Assembly: GCA_002269645.1 (NCBI GenBank)
Contig: NIVC01000536.1
Coordinates: 1 to 64,000, forward strand
Direction of reading: 5' to 3'
Origin: Macrostomum lignano
Taxonomy: Eukaryota
Length of the DNA stretch: 64,000 nucleotides
The position numbers and the translations under genes were made by a program. The notes under the pieces are model-generated. The model did no database searches. It had not been told where the DNA came from and saw only the letters and a list, made by a program, of their open reading frames with translations. This document shows, piece by piece, positions 1 through 54,329 of this stretch. Positions within the stretch are counted from its first letter, which is position 1; each line of letters opens with the position of its first letter.

Positions 1-888
1 CGCTCTTACACAACATCCTCAAAAATATCCCATCGAGATACTTCGTCCCATTTTCTTCCCAATATAAAATCCCCCCGAGCCGCCAGGCGTGGACAAGTGT
101 CAAGCTGGGGGAGGTGACAAAACACCCTATGGGGCCTTGGAAACATTTCACCACAGCCTCCACATCCTCTCTTCTTTTCTTCTCTGATCCCATCCAAAAA
201 AAGGATTTTTGCAGCCTCCATCGAGGCCTCAAGCAGTCTGAGCACATACTGGCGACTGGAACTGAGTGCTCAAGGCAAGGACGCTGCTCAAACAAAAGAA
301 GTAAAGAGATTGATCGTGACTCAGTCGTTTGGAAGGGAGAAAGGAGAGCTTTTCATTCCCAGCAAGCCGAAACCAACCAGTCCCGCGGCTCGTTGCAGTT
401 TTAGCAAAAGCAGCTGTCTTCTTGAAAGCGAAAAGGGGAGACAATTTTCCTGTATCCACTTCGCGCATTGTGAATAGCATGACAAACACGGCCCACCTAT
501 TATTCACCTGAAGCTAAACAGGTGGAGAAACATGATGCTGCGTCCGCAGACTAGAGCTGAAAGGAACTCTTTCTTTCGCGTTGGAAATTTTTTATTATCG
601 GGTGGAGTTGGAGCGGATGCTTGAGCTTTTCTAGCGCCAAAAATGACACCTGTGATTGCGCAACTGCCGTTATAGAAAACGCATCTCCTGTGTTTAGCTG
701 TTCTTAATCATCCTATTTCAACGCCTCAGCCTCTCAATCCTTCTTCAGTTTGGCACCTTGTCGGTGTTCACTTATCCTTTCGTTTTTTCCGTACTCTAAG
801 TCTGACGTCACAATTTCCAGTATGGGGCCCTGTTTATCGTCATTATTTATCAACCGCCTATAACAAATTCTTCTCGTTTCTTCTCCAG

Positions 889-32753
<31,865 letters not shown>

Positions 32754-33464
32754 ACCGCCCCCCCCTTTCAGCCCAGCCCTCCCCTGTCTTTCAGTGTACA
32801 TTGCTGCAATTTCTCAGGCCTATCTCAGCCTATGAGCCACCAGTAATCTTAGCCAGTCCATAACGCCTAATTGAAGTCGAACCTGGGTTTTGACCATAGA
32901 CTGTCTCGCCTCTTGGCTTAGCTAAGAGTTAAAATTACCTGGCTGAGATTACCTGAGAAATCCGAATACTATCTGCTCGATTTTATATAATAACAATAAT
33001 TAAATCAGTAACTCAGTTTATAAAGATGAAAATTAAAACGCTGCCTTTAATTCGCATACTCTTAACTTATATTGTGCATTATTCGAACTTCTGATAGCTT
33101 TAAACTGTGTATTATTTAGTGTTTTTGAAGCACGAACTTGCTTGTCATCATTGATCTAATTTTTATTCCATTGCTCTAAGTCTGATGCCGCTCTAACCTG
33201 ATTCCGCTTCTGTCTTCGGTGTGTCAATGCATATTTTGTCTGTCTGTCAATGCAATTCAGTGGTCGTTTGCTTAAATTAATTAATTCGCAATTATTAATC
33301 AAAAGTTCTTGCAAAGCCCTGACCTTTTCAAGAAGCTGTTTCCTTCACATAACAATAAAGCTTTGATAATTCATGTATGAGAGATGCATTATGCGTGTAG
33401 CAACTATGCTGTTAAACTAACTGTAGTTTCAAGTCTTTGTCTGCAAATATTTTTTGATAGAGAG

Positions 33465-34255
33465 GAGGAAGGGTAGAAGAGAGGAGGGAGGGTAGAAGAG
33501 AGGAGGGAGGGTAGAAGAGAGGGAGGAGGGTAGAAGAGAGGAGGGAGGGCAGAAGAGAGGGAGGGTAGAAGAGAGGGAGGTAGAAGAGAGGAGGGAGGGT
33601 AGAAGAGAGGAGGAGGGTAGAAGAGAGGAGGGAGGGTAGAAGAGAGGAGGAGGGTAGAAGATAGGGCGGAGGGTAGAAGAGAGGAGGAGGGTAGAAGAGA
33701 GGAGGAGGGTAGAAGAGAGGGCGGAGGGTAGAAGAGAGGAGGAGGGTAGAAGAGAGGGCGGAGGGTAGAAGAGAGGAGGAGGGTAGAAGAGAGGAGGAGG
33801 GTAGAAGAGAGGAGGAGGGTAGAAGAGAGGAGGAGGGTAGAAGAGAGGAGGGAGGGCAGAAGAGGGAGGGTAGAAGAGAGGAGGAGGGTAGAAGAGAGGA
33901 GGAGGGTAGAAGAGAGGAGGGAGGGCAGAAGAGGGAGGGTAGAAGAGAGGGAGGTAGAAGAGAGGAGGGAGGGTAGAAGAGAGGAGGGAGGGTAGAAGAG
34001 AGGAGGAGGGTAGAAGAGAGGAGGAGGGTAGAAGAGAGGAGGGAGGGCAGAAGAGGGAGGGTAGAAGAGAGGGAGGTAGAAGAGAGGAGGGAGGGTAGAA
34101 GAGAGGGAGGTAGAAGAGAGGAGGGAGGTTAGAAGAGAGGGAGGTAGAAGAGAGGAGGGAGGGTAGAAGAGAGGGAGGTACCTGGTAGAAGAGAGGAGGG
34201 AGGGTAGAAGAGAGGGAGGGTAGAAGAGAGGGAGGGTAGAAGAGAGGGGAGAGTA
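33465..34255. repeat. Purine-rich ~20-bp minisatellite
   Basis: gggtagaagagaggagga units. Confidence 0.9.
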
Positions 34256-34859
34256 GGAGGGGCAGGGCAGAACATAAGATAGGGTAGAAGATAGATAGAA
34301 GAAGAAGATAGAAGGTAGCTAAAGTTGAACTTAAGCACAGCACTAAAAATAACGTGCAGAAAAGTCTTAGGCCGCTAAATATGAATTGCTCACATTGTAG
34401 CTGAAAGCAAAGCCATACAGGAATTACCCCATGCCGACTTTATAGTAGGCTTCCAGACTTCCAGTGGACATTGCGAATGGAATTTGTCATCCTGTCTTTG
34501 CCGGGGGCTTGGGGGAGGGGGGGGGTAACGATCCGCAGGGGAAGAATGAGGCGCTGTGCGAGAGGGGATTTCAATCAACTGTCAGCTTGGCTGTCGATTT
34601 CGGCAATTGATGAAGCGCAAAGATCTGGCGGGAAGCTGGGAGTGTAGTGGGAGAAACTGTAGTAGCCAATTGATCTGTGCGACAGAAATGAGATACTTAT
34701 AGCATGACTTGTTTTCTGTATTGCAGAATAATTTATAGTGTCTAATTGATTTACAGGATATCAGGATGTGTATTTCAATAAATAAACTTCAAATTTCTGT
34801 AAGATAGAGCAATGTAGTGGATGATTGAAAAAAACACTTGAGAGGAGGAATTTAGGTAG

Positions 34860-35455
34860 AATGAGGTAAATGTAGAGTAGTCGGGTAGAAGGAAGTAGAG
34901 TAGCCTCGGTAGAAGAGGGTAGAGTAGACTGGGAAAAAGGGAGTAGAGTAGGGGTAGGAGAGACAGTCGAGTAGTCTGGGAAAAAGGGAGTAGAGTAGTT
35001 TGGGTAGAAGGGAGTAGAGTAGTCTGGGTAGAAGGGAGTAGAGTAGTCTGGGTAGAAGGGAGTAGAGTAGTCTGGGTAGAAGGGAGTAGAGTAGTCTGGG
35101 TAGAAGGGAGTAGAGTAGTCTGGGTAGAAGGGAGTAGAGTAGTCTGGGTAGAAGGGAGCAGAGTAGTCTGGGTAGAAGGAAGCAGAGTAGTCTGGGTAGA
35201 AGGGAGCAGAGTAGTCTGGGTAGAAGGGAGTAGAGTAGTCTGGGTAGAAGGGAGTAGAGTAGTCTGGGTAGAAGGGAGTAGAGTAGTCTGGGTAGAAGGG
35301 AGCAGAGTAGTCTGGGTAGAAGGAAGCAGAGTAGTCTGGGTAGAAGGGAGCAGAGTAGTCTGGGTAGAAGGGAGTAGAGTAGTCTGGGTAGAAGGGAGCA
35401 GAGTAGTCTGGGTAGAAGGGAGTAGAGTAGTCTGGGTAGAAGGGAGTAGAGTAGT
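34860..35455. repeat. 24-bp minisatellite
   Basis: gagtagtctgggtagaagggagta units. Confidence 0.92.
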
Positions 35456-36639
35456 GACATTTGTTTTCAGCCACCCCCTTGTATTTCTGCTGCTGAATCA
35501 GAATAAAAAAGAATCTCCAGAAGCCACAAATGCAGACTATGCAGTTTGAATGATTAAAAGCAGAAATGGAACTGCGAATGGGCCAACGAGGTCGAGGCCG
35601 AATTTTGATGAATCGAATTCTAGAATGGGGATATGGGGATCTATTGGGGATCGGGGATTGGGAAGCGGATAGAGTCGCAGCTGAGGATGGATTGTGGGGG
35701 GAATACTATTCCAAGAAATCTTCCGTGCTCAGGAACACCCCTTCGACGATTCTCTCTCGCACGCATCTCCCCTTCTGGATTGAAAGATAGGAGGACTCGC
35801 AAGTATAGAACACAAGCCAACTGAGATTTCTATCTCTCACGCAAGCCCAGCAACCAACTTGATTCGTGGTATCGTGGCTGCTGCTGTAAGGTTGAAACTC
35901 GTTTGGGCCAGACGTTGGCATTCGTAGTTGCAAAAGTACAGGAAGCTGTGAATATTGCATTCATTTAGGCGAAATGGCCGGCACTTTTGTGGCGTAAATG
36001 ATGCATTTCTTGGAACGAATGCAGCTAATGAAAGGAGTCTGGGGGCTCTGCTGGGGCTGTGCGGGGGCTGTGCGGGGGCTGTGCTGGGGGCTGGGCTGGG
36101 GCTGTGCTGGAGTTGTGCTGGGGCTGTGTTGGAGCTGTGCGGAGGCTGTGCGGGGGCTGTGCTGGGGTCGCCTCTTAAGGGTAATTCCTTTTTTCTATTA
36201 GCATCAGAAATGAAAACGCCCACAAGTCCACATTTCTCAATGGATTTTAAACAAAACTGACTGACTGAATATTTTAGAAATTCGATCTCATACTGTATCG
36301 CATGGTTGGATCAGCAGATGCTTATCGGCAGGTTAATTTTTTTCAAAGCAGCTGGGAACCGCAACGCAAGACCGCCAGAAAGTCCTTCTGTGTGAGCCGT
36401 AAGCACGATTTCTACCTGCACATTCTGCATTTTCCCAGATTTTAGGCTGATGATGCCGTTCGGAAGCTGGTGAAAATAGCAAAGGAATCTTAATCCCAGA
36501 GCAACGGCTTTTGAGACAAGAAATTTGAGTCAGTTTGCGTGAATGCTCAGAAGAGGAATGGAAGCAGCTTTGTAACATCCTTTCTCATTTTACGCAGCAA
36601 CTTTCTGCGTACTTTATAGTGTTTGCGAGATTCTACCTG

Positions 36640-36943
36640 AGACTCTAACTGGGACTCTAACTGGGATTCTAGCTGGGATTCTAACTGGGATTCTAACTGG
36701 GATTCTAACTGGGATTCTAACTGGGATTCTAACTGGGATTCTAACTGGGATTCTAACTGGGATTCTAACTGGGATTCTAACTGGGATTCTAACTGGGATT
36801 CTAACTGGGATTCTAACTGGGATTCTAACTGGGATTCTAACTGGGATTCTAACTGGGATTCTAACTGGGATTCTAACTGGGATTCTACCTGAGACTCTAA
36901 CTGGGATTCTAACTGGGATTCTAACTGGGATTCTAACTGGGAT
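36640..36943. repeat. 12-bp minisatellite
   Basis: ctaactgggatt units. Confidence 0.95.
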
Positions 36944-37853
36944 ATGAAGGTTTCTTCAGGAATAAATATTACTCACTGAGTTGCATTGAATGCATACAAA
37001 TTTGCTCTGGCCTCTGAGCCAGTGCTGGATGACTGAGAAGGACTCAGAACTGCAGGGGGTGAGGGGGGGGGGAATTACGCAACCACAGAGGCCATGCGAG
37101 CCTCACGGGAATTCCTGCAGCGCTCAATCACTGCGAGAGTTCGGAAGGCCCATTGCTTTGCAGGGACCGGCCGGGAATGCAGTGCAGTTTTTGTTTATTC
37201 TCGGGCTGTCAACCCCCTGCTAGTCGCCTTTCCGCTTCGAATCGATCGAGTCCCCGGCTTGACAACCGAGTCGCGCAGGCATAATTCCAGGATGCCTGCA
37301 TTTTAGAAAATATGATGACAAAATTTTAACCGCGGATTGCACCAATTTTGGGCAATCTTTTCGTTTCCAATTCAAGATTTGATCCCTTGGGTAGAATCCG
37401 AAAGGGAGAGAATATCGGGCATTGTGCAATCAGTTAAATCGGCAAGTTCTGCAGTTTAAAAATGCTCCTCAATTTGATGGCAAGGGGCATAACACATGCC
37501 AAGAGTTTTGTCGAGCCAAAGGCTTCAGAAAATAAACTACTTTTTTCACTAACTGCGCTACTAGCAGTAGAAACATGGAAATTAGGCAACTGTTTTATAT
37601 TTGACATATATTAACGTTTCTGAATAAATATCAATGTTTCGCACAATGAAGAAGCCAAAATCTTATTTAAATCTGTGTTTACTGGACTATATATAATTGC
37701 GATATCGTCACATTTATTTGTTACTACGAGTAATATGTCATATGGCAATTTATAAAACCGAATAAAACTTCGCGACAGTCGAGCAAAAAGGGAAGGAAAA
37801 TTCAATGAAAATGCTCAAATGAAGCCAAAGTACGCTCTCGCAAGAAATCAGTG

Positions 37854-37859
37854 TTTATT
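37854..37859 (-). terminator. Polyadenylation signal AATAAA of the secreted-protein gene
   Basis: Canonical hexamer ~38 nt past the stop codon. Confidence 0.65.
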
Positions 37860-37896
37860 CATTTTTATCAAGTGAGCAGACTCATTCAGCTTCTCA

Positions 37897-38964
37897 TTAG
37901 ACTTCGATTGACTTCTGGTGAGGCGTTTCCGACGTCTGGTCAGGCTTGTCCGGCTTCTGGTCGGGCTTGTCCGGCTTCTGGTCGGGCTTGTCCGGCTTCT
38001 GGTCGGGCTTGTCCGGCTTCTGGTCGGGCCTGTCCGGCTTCTGGTCGGGCTTGTCCGGCTTCTGGTCGGGTTTGTCCGGCTTCTGGTCGGGCTTGTCCGG
38101 CTTCTGGTCGGGCTTGTCCGGCTTCTGGTCGGGCTTGTCCGGCTTCTGGTCGGGCTTGTCCGGCTTCTGGTCGGGTTTGTCCGGCTTCTGGTCGGGCTTG
38201 TCCGGCTTCTGGTCAGGCTTCTTAGTTTTCTTAGTCTTGTCATCAAGTTTGCCGATCTTCTTGTTAGCTCGCCTCTTATTAGTGTGATGTTTTCTAAATT
38301 TTCCATACTTTTGATACTTGTTCTGCCTGTACTTTCTGTACTTTCTGTACTTGTCTTGCCTGTACTTTCTGTACTTGTCTTGCCTGTACTTTCTGTACTT
38401 GTCTTGTCTGTACTTTCTGTACTTGTCTTGCCTGTACTTTCTATACTTGTCTTGTCTGTACTTTCTGTACTTGTCTTGTCTGTACTTTCTATACTTGTCT
38501 TGTCTGTACTTTCTGTACTTGTCTTGTCTGTACTTTCTATACTTGTCTTGCCTGTACTTTCTATACTTGTCTTGTCTGTACTTTCTGTATTTGTCTTGTC
38601 TGTACTTTCTGTACTTGTCTTGCCTGTACTTTCTATACTTGTCTTGTCTGTACTTTCTGTACTTGTCTTGTCTGTACTTTCTGTACGGACGGTACCGATT
38701 GTACTTGGTCTTGTTCTGCTTGTCGTGTTCTACAGCCTTTTTGGCGTAATAGCCACGCTCGTCTTTGTGGGCATGCTTGTCGTACTTATAGTAGCGAGCA
38801 TACTCTCGGCCTGCGACGCCACGCCTGCCGCCGTAGTTGTAATTGAAACGCTGGACATCTTTGTTGCGCTCCTTTCCTTGTTGGTCGCCACCGCCGTAGG
38901 CAGCAGCAAACAGAGCCGCTGCGACAAAGAAAATGCACAAACAGTACAGACTGAATCGGGACAT
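37897..38964 (-). CDS. Intronless secreted repetitive protein, 355 aa: signal peptide, ~14x YRQDKYRK, ~13x KPDQKPD
   Basis: ATG start, hydrophobic leader MSRFSLYCLCIFFVAAALFAAAYG; differences between repeat units are almost all synonymous (AGA/AGG, TAC/TAT, AAG/AAA, CCC/CCT); TATA-like box upstream and AATAAA just after the stop. Confidence 0.88.
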   Translation of the reverse strand: MSRFSLYCLCIFFVAAALFAAAYGGGDQQGKERNKDVQRFNYNYGGRRGVAGREYARYYKYDKHAHKDERGYYAKKAVEHDKQNKTKYNRYRPYRKYRQDKYRKYRQDKYRKYRQDKYRKYRQDKYRKYRQDKYRKYRQDKYRKYRQDKYRKYRQDKYRKYRQDKYRKYRQDKYRKYRQDKYRKYRQDKYRKYRQDKYRKYRQDKYRKYRKYRQNKYQKYGKFRKHHTNKRRANKKIGKLDDKTKKTKKPDQKPDKPDQKPDKPDQKPDKPDQKPDKPDQKPDKPDQKPDKPDQKPDKPDQKPDKPDQKPDRPDQKPDKPDQKPDKPDQKPDKPDQKPDKPDQTSETPHQKSIEV

Positions 38965-39013
38965 GGCTGATTAGTTTACTTTATATTTTACAGCTGTTTA
39001 AATTGCGGGCTTA

Positions 39014-39019
39014 CTTATA
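39014..39019 (-). promoter_or_regulatory. Candidate TATA box (caTATAAG) of the secreted-protein gene
   Basis: TATAAG ~50 nt upstream of the ATG at 38964. Confidence 0.4.
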
Positions 39020-39358
39020 TGTGTCGGACGGAATGGGTGAAGGAAAACGACGATTGGTTTTAATCGTAAGCTTGGTCAATTTCTTGTTTGTGAGCGCATA
39101 TATCTGCCAGCCAATCAAATGCGTTCTAGACAACTGGTTTACTTAGATGAGTCATAAACTTCCAAACCCTGAATTTAGGCTTATTGGATGGTTTAACTTG
39201 TGCACGCTTGTTCTGCCCCAACTGAGAGGGGGTGCCATGGGGTGGTGGGTGCGGGCCCAACCCCACCCCAACCTCGGGGGGGTTACTTTTATTACCCTGT
39301 CTATAGTTGGTTTTTTAATCTAATTGATATTCACACGTCAATTCCCACTGCACAGCTC

Positions 39359-39710
39359 AGGGGCCGTGCTATAAAGCTAGGGTGGAGCAAGAATATAAAT
39401 AAGGACCTCAAGTCTGTCCTAAGACGCCTATGAAATAACAATAGCTACTTTTTAACAAATTGTATCACTAATATTATAAAGCTATACCAATGACAAACAA
39501 GTACTGTTACTTAGGCCCATATTGTTTAAATAAGTCTATGTACTTTTAAAAAAAGTATATATTACTCATCAACATTGAAGAGGATGAGGAAGCGGCATTC
39601 AGATTAGATAAAAAACTGGTCACCCAGATCAGAAATTAAAAAAATCAACTTTTGATTGATTTAGGAGTGTCAATCGGTCCTTGAACTCCTAGTTTTATAG
39701 CACGGGCCCC
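39359..39710. mobile_element. Decayed ~350-bp MITE-like element (possibly PIF/Harbinger-type ends)
   Basis: Terminal inverted repeats AGGGGCCGTGCTATAAAGCTAGG versus reverse complement GGGGCCCGTGCTATAAAACTAGG (20/23 match); AT-rich non-coding interior; no clear TSD. Confidence 0.55.
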
Positions 39711-40339
39711 AAGAGAGTAATGTTCGATAGGCTCGTGGATTAGGCCATTATGAGCGCGTGTTCCACTCAGTTCTTCAAATATTTAAGCTTCCCTTTCCTA
39801 GAATGGAATTCCTACATTCTGCTTTGAAAGAGAGAAGAGAGCTTGTGCGCTTCGGAAAGAAGTTTGTTTTTGGTCCAATAATACAGGCCCTTGCTTTCCC
39901 ATTGGTCCAGAACTGGCCCGAGTCCGTGTACTGCACTTTCTATCCGATACAAAATACGATGCCGAGCATCATAAGCGTGGCAGCAAAAGCAGTTGGAAGA
40001 AGAAGCCCAAAGCCCATTGAACCGCAAAATCAAATCAGAGATACAGTGAAGACTGCCTCTATTTATTCCTGTAGATTAAGTGAGCCTCTGTAGTCATGGA
40101 ACTGGGCTAAAATGCATTTTGCTGCTTAATTCAAGCATGCCAGAGTAAAGTAAGGAAATCAGCCATCCACTTTATACTTTATCTGCACGGTAAGCAATTT
40201 AAAGTGTGTTTATACTGGCTAAAAATTTAGAATAATTTTACCAGGTTTATGCAGATCAAGGATATTCTTTATGAGTGGCATGTTGCAGCGTGACCTACTT
40301 TCTACTGAAGTATTGTGGGGTTAGCGCCAGTGCGACGAA

Positions 40340-41677
40340 GCCACTGAAGGATCGGATGGGATCTCTCCAACCCACTGACGGATCGGAGGGGATCTCTCCA
40401 ACCCACTGACGGATCGGAGGGGATCTCTCCAGTCCACTGACGGATGGGAGGGGATCTCTCCAACCCACTGACGGATCGGAGGGGATCTCTCCAGTCCACT
40501 GACGGATCGGAGGGGATCTCTCCAGTCCACTGACGGATCGGAGGGGATCTCTCCAGTCCACTGACGGATCGGAGGGGATCTCTCCAGTCCACTGACGGAT
40601 CGGAGGGGATCTCTCCAGTCCAACTGAAGAATCGGATGGGATCTCTCCAACCCACTGACGGATCGGAGGGGATCTCTCCAACCCACTGACGGATCGGAGG
40701 GGATCTCTCCAGTCCACTGACGGATCGGAGGGGATCTCTCCAGTCAACTGAAGGATCGGAGGGGATCTCTCCAGTCAACTGAAGGATCGGAGGGGATCTC
40801 TCCAGTCCACTGACGGATCAGAGGGGATCTCTCCAGTCCACTGACGGATCGGAGGGGATCTCTCCAGTCCACTGACGGATCGGAGGGGATCTCTCCAGTC
40901 CACTGACGGATCGGAGGGGATCTCTCCAGTCCACTGACGGATCGGAGGGGATCTCTCCAGTCCAACTGAAGAATCTGAGGGGATCTCTCCAGTCCACTGA
41001 CGGATCGGAGGGGATCTCTCCAACCCACTGACGGATCGGAGGGGATCTCTCCAACCCACTGACGGATTGGAGGGGATCTCTCCAACCCACTGACGGATCG
41101 GAGGGGATCTCTCCAACCCACTGACGGATCGGAGGGGATCTCTCCAGTCCAACTGAAGAATCTGAGGGGATCTCTCCAGTCCACTGACGGATCGGAGGGG
41201 ATCTCTCCAACCCACTGACGGATCGGAGGGGATCTCTCCAACCCACTGACGGATCGGAGGGGATCTCTCCAACCAACTGACGGATCGGAGGGGATCTCTC
41301 CAACCCACTGACGGACCGGAGGGGATCTCTCCAACCCACTGACGGATTGGAGGGGATCTCTCCAACCCACTGACGGATCGGAGGGGATCTCTCCAACCCA
41401 CTGACGGATCGGAGGGGATCTCTCCAACCCACTGACGGATTGGAGGGGATCTCTCCAACCCACTGACGGATCGGAGGGGATCTCTCCAACCCACTGACGG
41501 ATCGGAGGGGATCTCTCCAGTCAACTGACGGATCGGAGGGGATCTCTCCAACCCACTGACGCATCGGAGGGGATCTCTCCAACCCACTGACGGATCGGAG
41601 GGGATCTCTCCAACCCACTGACGCATCGGAGGGGATCTCTCCAACCCACTGACGGATCGGAGGGGATCTCTCCAGTC
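40340..41677. repeat. 31-bp minisatellite
   Basis: ggaggggatctctccaacccactgacggatc units, no spacers. Confidence 0.95.
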
Positions 41678-42159
41678 GTAATAGTTAGAGAATTTCCGAC
41701 AGACAACAACAAAGTTTCAAGCGGCATGATCCACTGCCCGCCAGTTTTATGGTGGAGTTCGGTGGTGAAATAAAAAATGGCACAGCACATTTTGCAACAA
41801 AAAGCCTTTGGGAGAACGCCCCCTCTGCGGAATAGAGGCGATGGGAGTTCAGGCATGGGATTAATGCTTCCCCTAGATACGTGGACGCTGGTTCTATTGC
41901 GCCCCTAAACTGGAATGCGGAATAGCCCCTGGCCAGTCAGTGACAGATGTTTTTAAAGTCCGGTGGGTCGAATACAGAATTCGAAACTGATATATTAGAT
42001 TTCGTGGAAACGCTGATCCGCTGCTTTGATCTACTGGGCTTTGTTTATAGGAAACTTTTGCGCATTTTTTGCAAATTTAAATTCTGTTTCTTTTCATAGA
42101 ATTAGTAAAAAAATTTCATTGGATAAAATAGTCTTGGAGAGTTTGAGTTTGGCGCCTAA

Positions 42160-42678
42160 GTAGTAGATTTAGAGATGCCTGAGCAGTAGATTTAGAGAGG
42201 CCTGAGCAGTAGATTTAGAGAGGCCTGAGCAGTAGATTTAGAGAGGCCTGAGCAGTAGATTTAGAGAGGCCTGAGCAGTAGATTTAGAGAGGCCTTAGCA
42301 GTAGATTTAGAGAGGCCTGAGCAGTAGATTTAGAGAGGCCTGAGCAGTAGATTTAGAGAAGCCTGAGCAGTAGATTTAGAGAGGCCTGAGCAGTAGATTT
42401 AGAGATGCCTGAGCAGTAGATTTAGAGAGGCCTGGGCAGTAGATTTAGAGATGCCTGAGCAGTAGATTTAGAGAGGCCTGAGCAGTAGATTTAGAGAGGC
42501 CTGAGCAGTAGATTTAGAGAGTCCTTAGCAGTAGATTTAGAGAGGCCTGAGCAGTAGATTTAGAGAGGCCTGAGCAGTAGATTTAGAGAGTCCTTAGCAG
42601 TAGATTTAGAGAGGCCTGAGCAGTAGATTTAAAGAGGCCTGAGCAGTAGATTTAGAGAGGCCTGAGCAGTAGATTTAA
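42160..42678. repeat. 23-bp minisatellite
   Basis: cctgagcagtagatttagagagg units. Confidence 0.95.
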
Positions 42679-43099
42679 AAGCCCGAGCTGTTAAGTTTTT
42701 TAACACCTGAAAATCAAGCATCTACAAACCAATAACTGTGTTTACAGTATGCACAGGAATAGGTATGGTTCAATTGTGTGTACAGGAGTCAAGTGTTCAG
42801 TATGATGGATTAATAAGATCAGCTAATCTGTCAAATAAAAGTTCATACTATAGGACAGGCGGACCAATATTGCAGATTATATGCGGTGCTGCAATAATTT
42901 GGATACAAATGCCTCCCAGCAGTTTGCGGCATAACTGACAAACAGATTTCTGTCATGTGTTACTATTCTATCCTAGTCGCCTATGGGATCGAGAATTAGC
43001 AGTAAACTATAAAACCTACGCTCCCTTCCTCTCGCTTCCCCACCGCAGGAGTGCCTGTCTGTCTGCCCCTCTCTGCACTCCCCTCTAACCGGGGCCGTC

Positions 43100-53729
<10,630 letters not shown>

Positions 53730-54329
53730 TGATGGTTGAAATAGTTATCAATATTCCATATTTATGAAAATGATTAAGCATGAACAGTAAAGACATATAC
53801 TAAAGCAAATAGAATTATATATGGCATCGCATACTCTTTCGTATGTGTATAATTTCGCTAGCTAAAAGTGCATTTTCTCTATTTGTCACAAATGTTGCTT
53901 CATCATCAGATAAATACAGGCTTCTCCATGCGTTAGGCTGATTTAGATTGCTTTAATTAGAGAGCAAAGAACGCATTTAAACTGTTTTTTTCCTTGATAT
54001 CACCGAATAATCGGAATGTCCGTCCTCGCTACTGAAAGTAGCGTTTATACAATAAGCTTAGACATGCGCTATTGCACTAAAACTGTCTGTCAGAGACAAA
54101 ATATTTCGCTGCTATTCGCAATAGCACAAAAGTACATTTATTAGGTCGCAGGTAATGGGAATTAAATAGATTTCTGGCGAAAGTAAAAGAGAGTTGGTGA
54201 GCATATCATCTAAATTATTGTGTTATCCTCTGTCATCAGAAGTTTATCATATAGTCATGGCAATGGCTATCGTATTGGGGGGAGTTTATTGACAAAATAG
54301 GGCATTCAATAATCTATATTTTTATTGTG

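Noticed and set aside
34761-35474. (YPDYSTPF)n Tyr-rich ORF
   Set aside because: 24-bp minisatellite, non-ATG start, non-synonymous unit variation and no secretion signal.
37918-38970. 350-aa hydrophobic antisense ORF over the secreted-protein gene
   Set aside because: A shadow frame of repetitive codons; synonymous-site pattern, signal peptide, TATA-like box and AATAAA all favour the minus strand.
40295-41856. 31-bp repeats as a CRISPR array or repeat proteins
   Set aside because: Head-to-tail units with no unique spacers, eukaryotic context and no cas genes.
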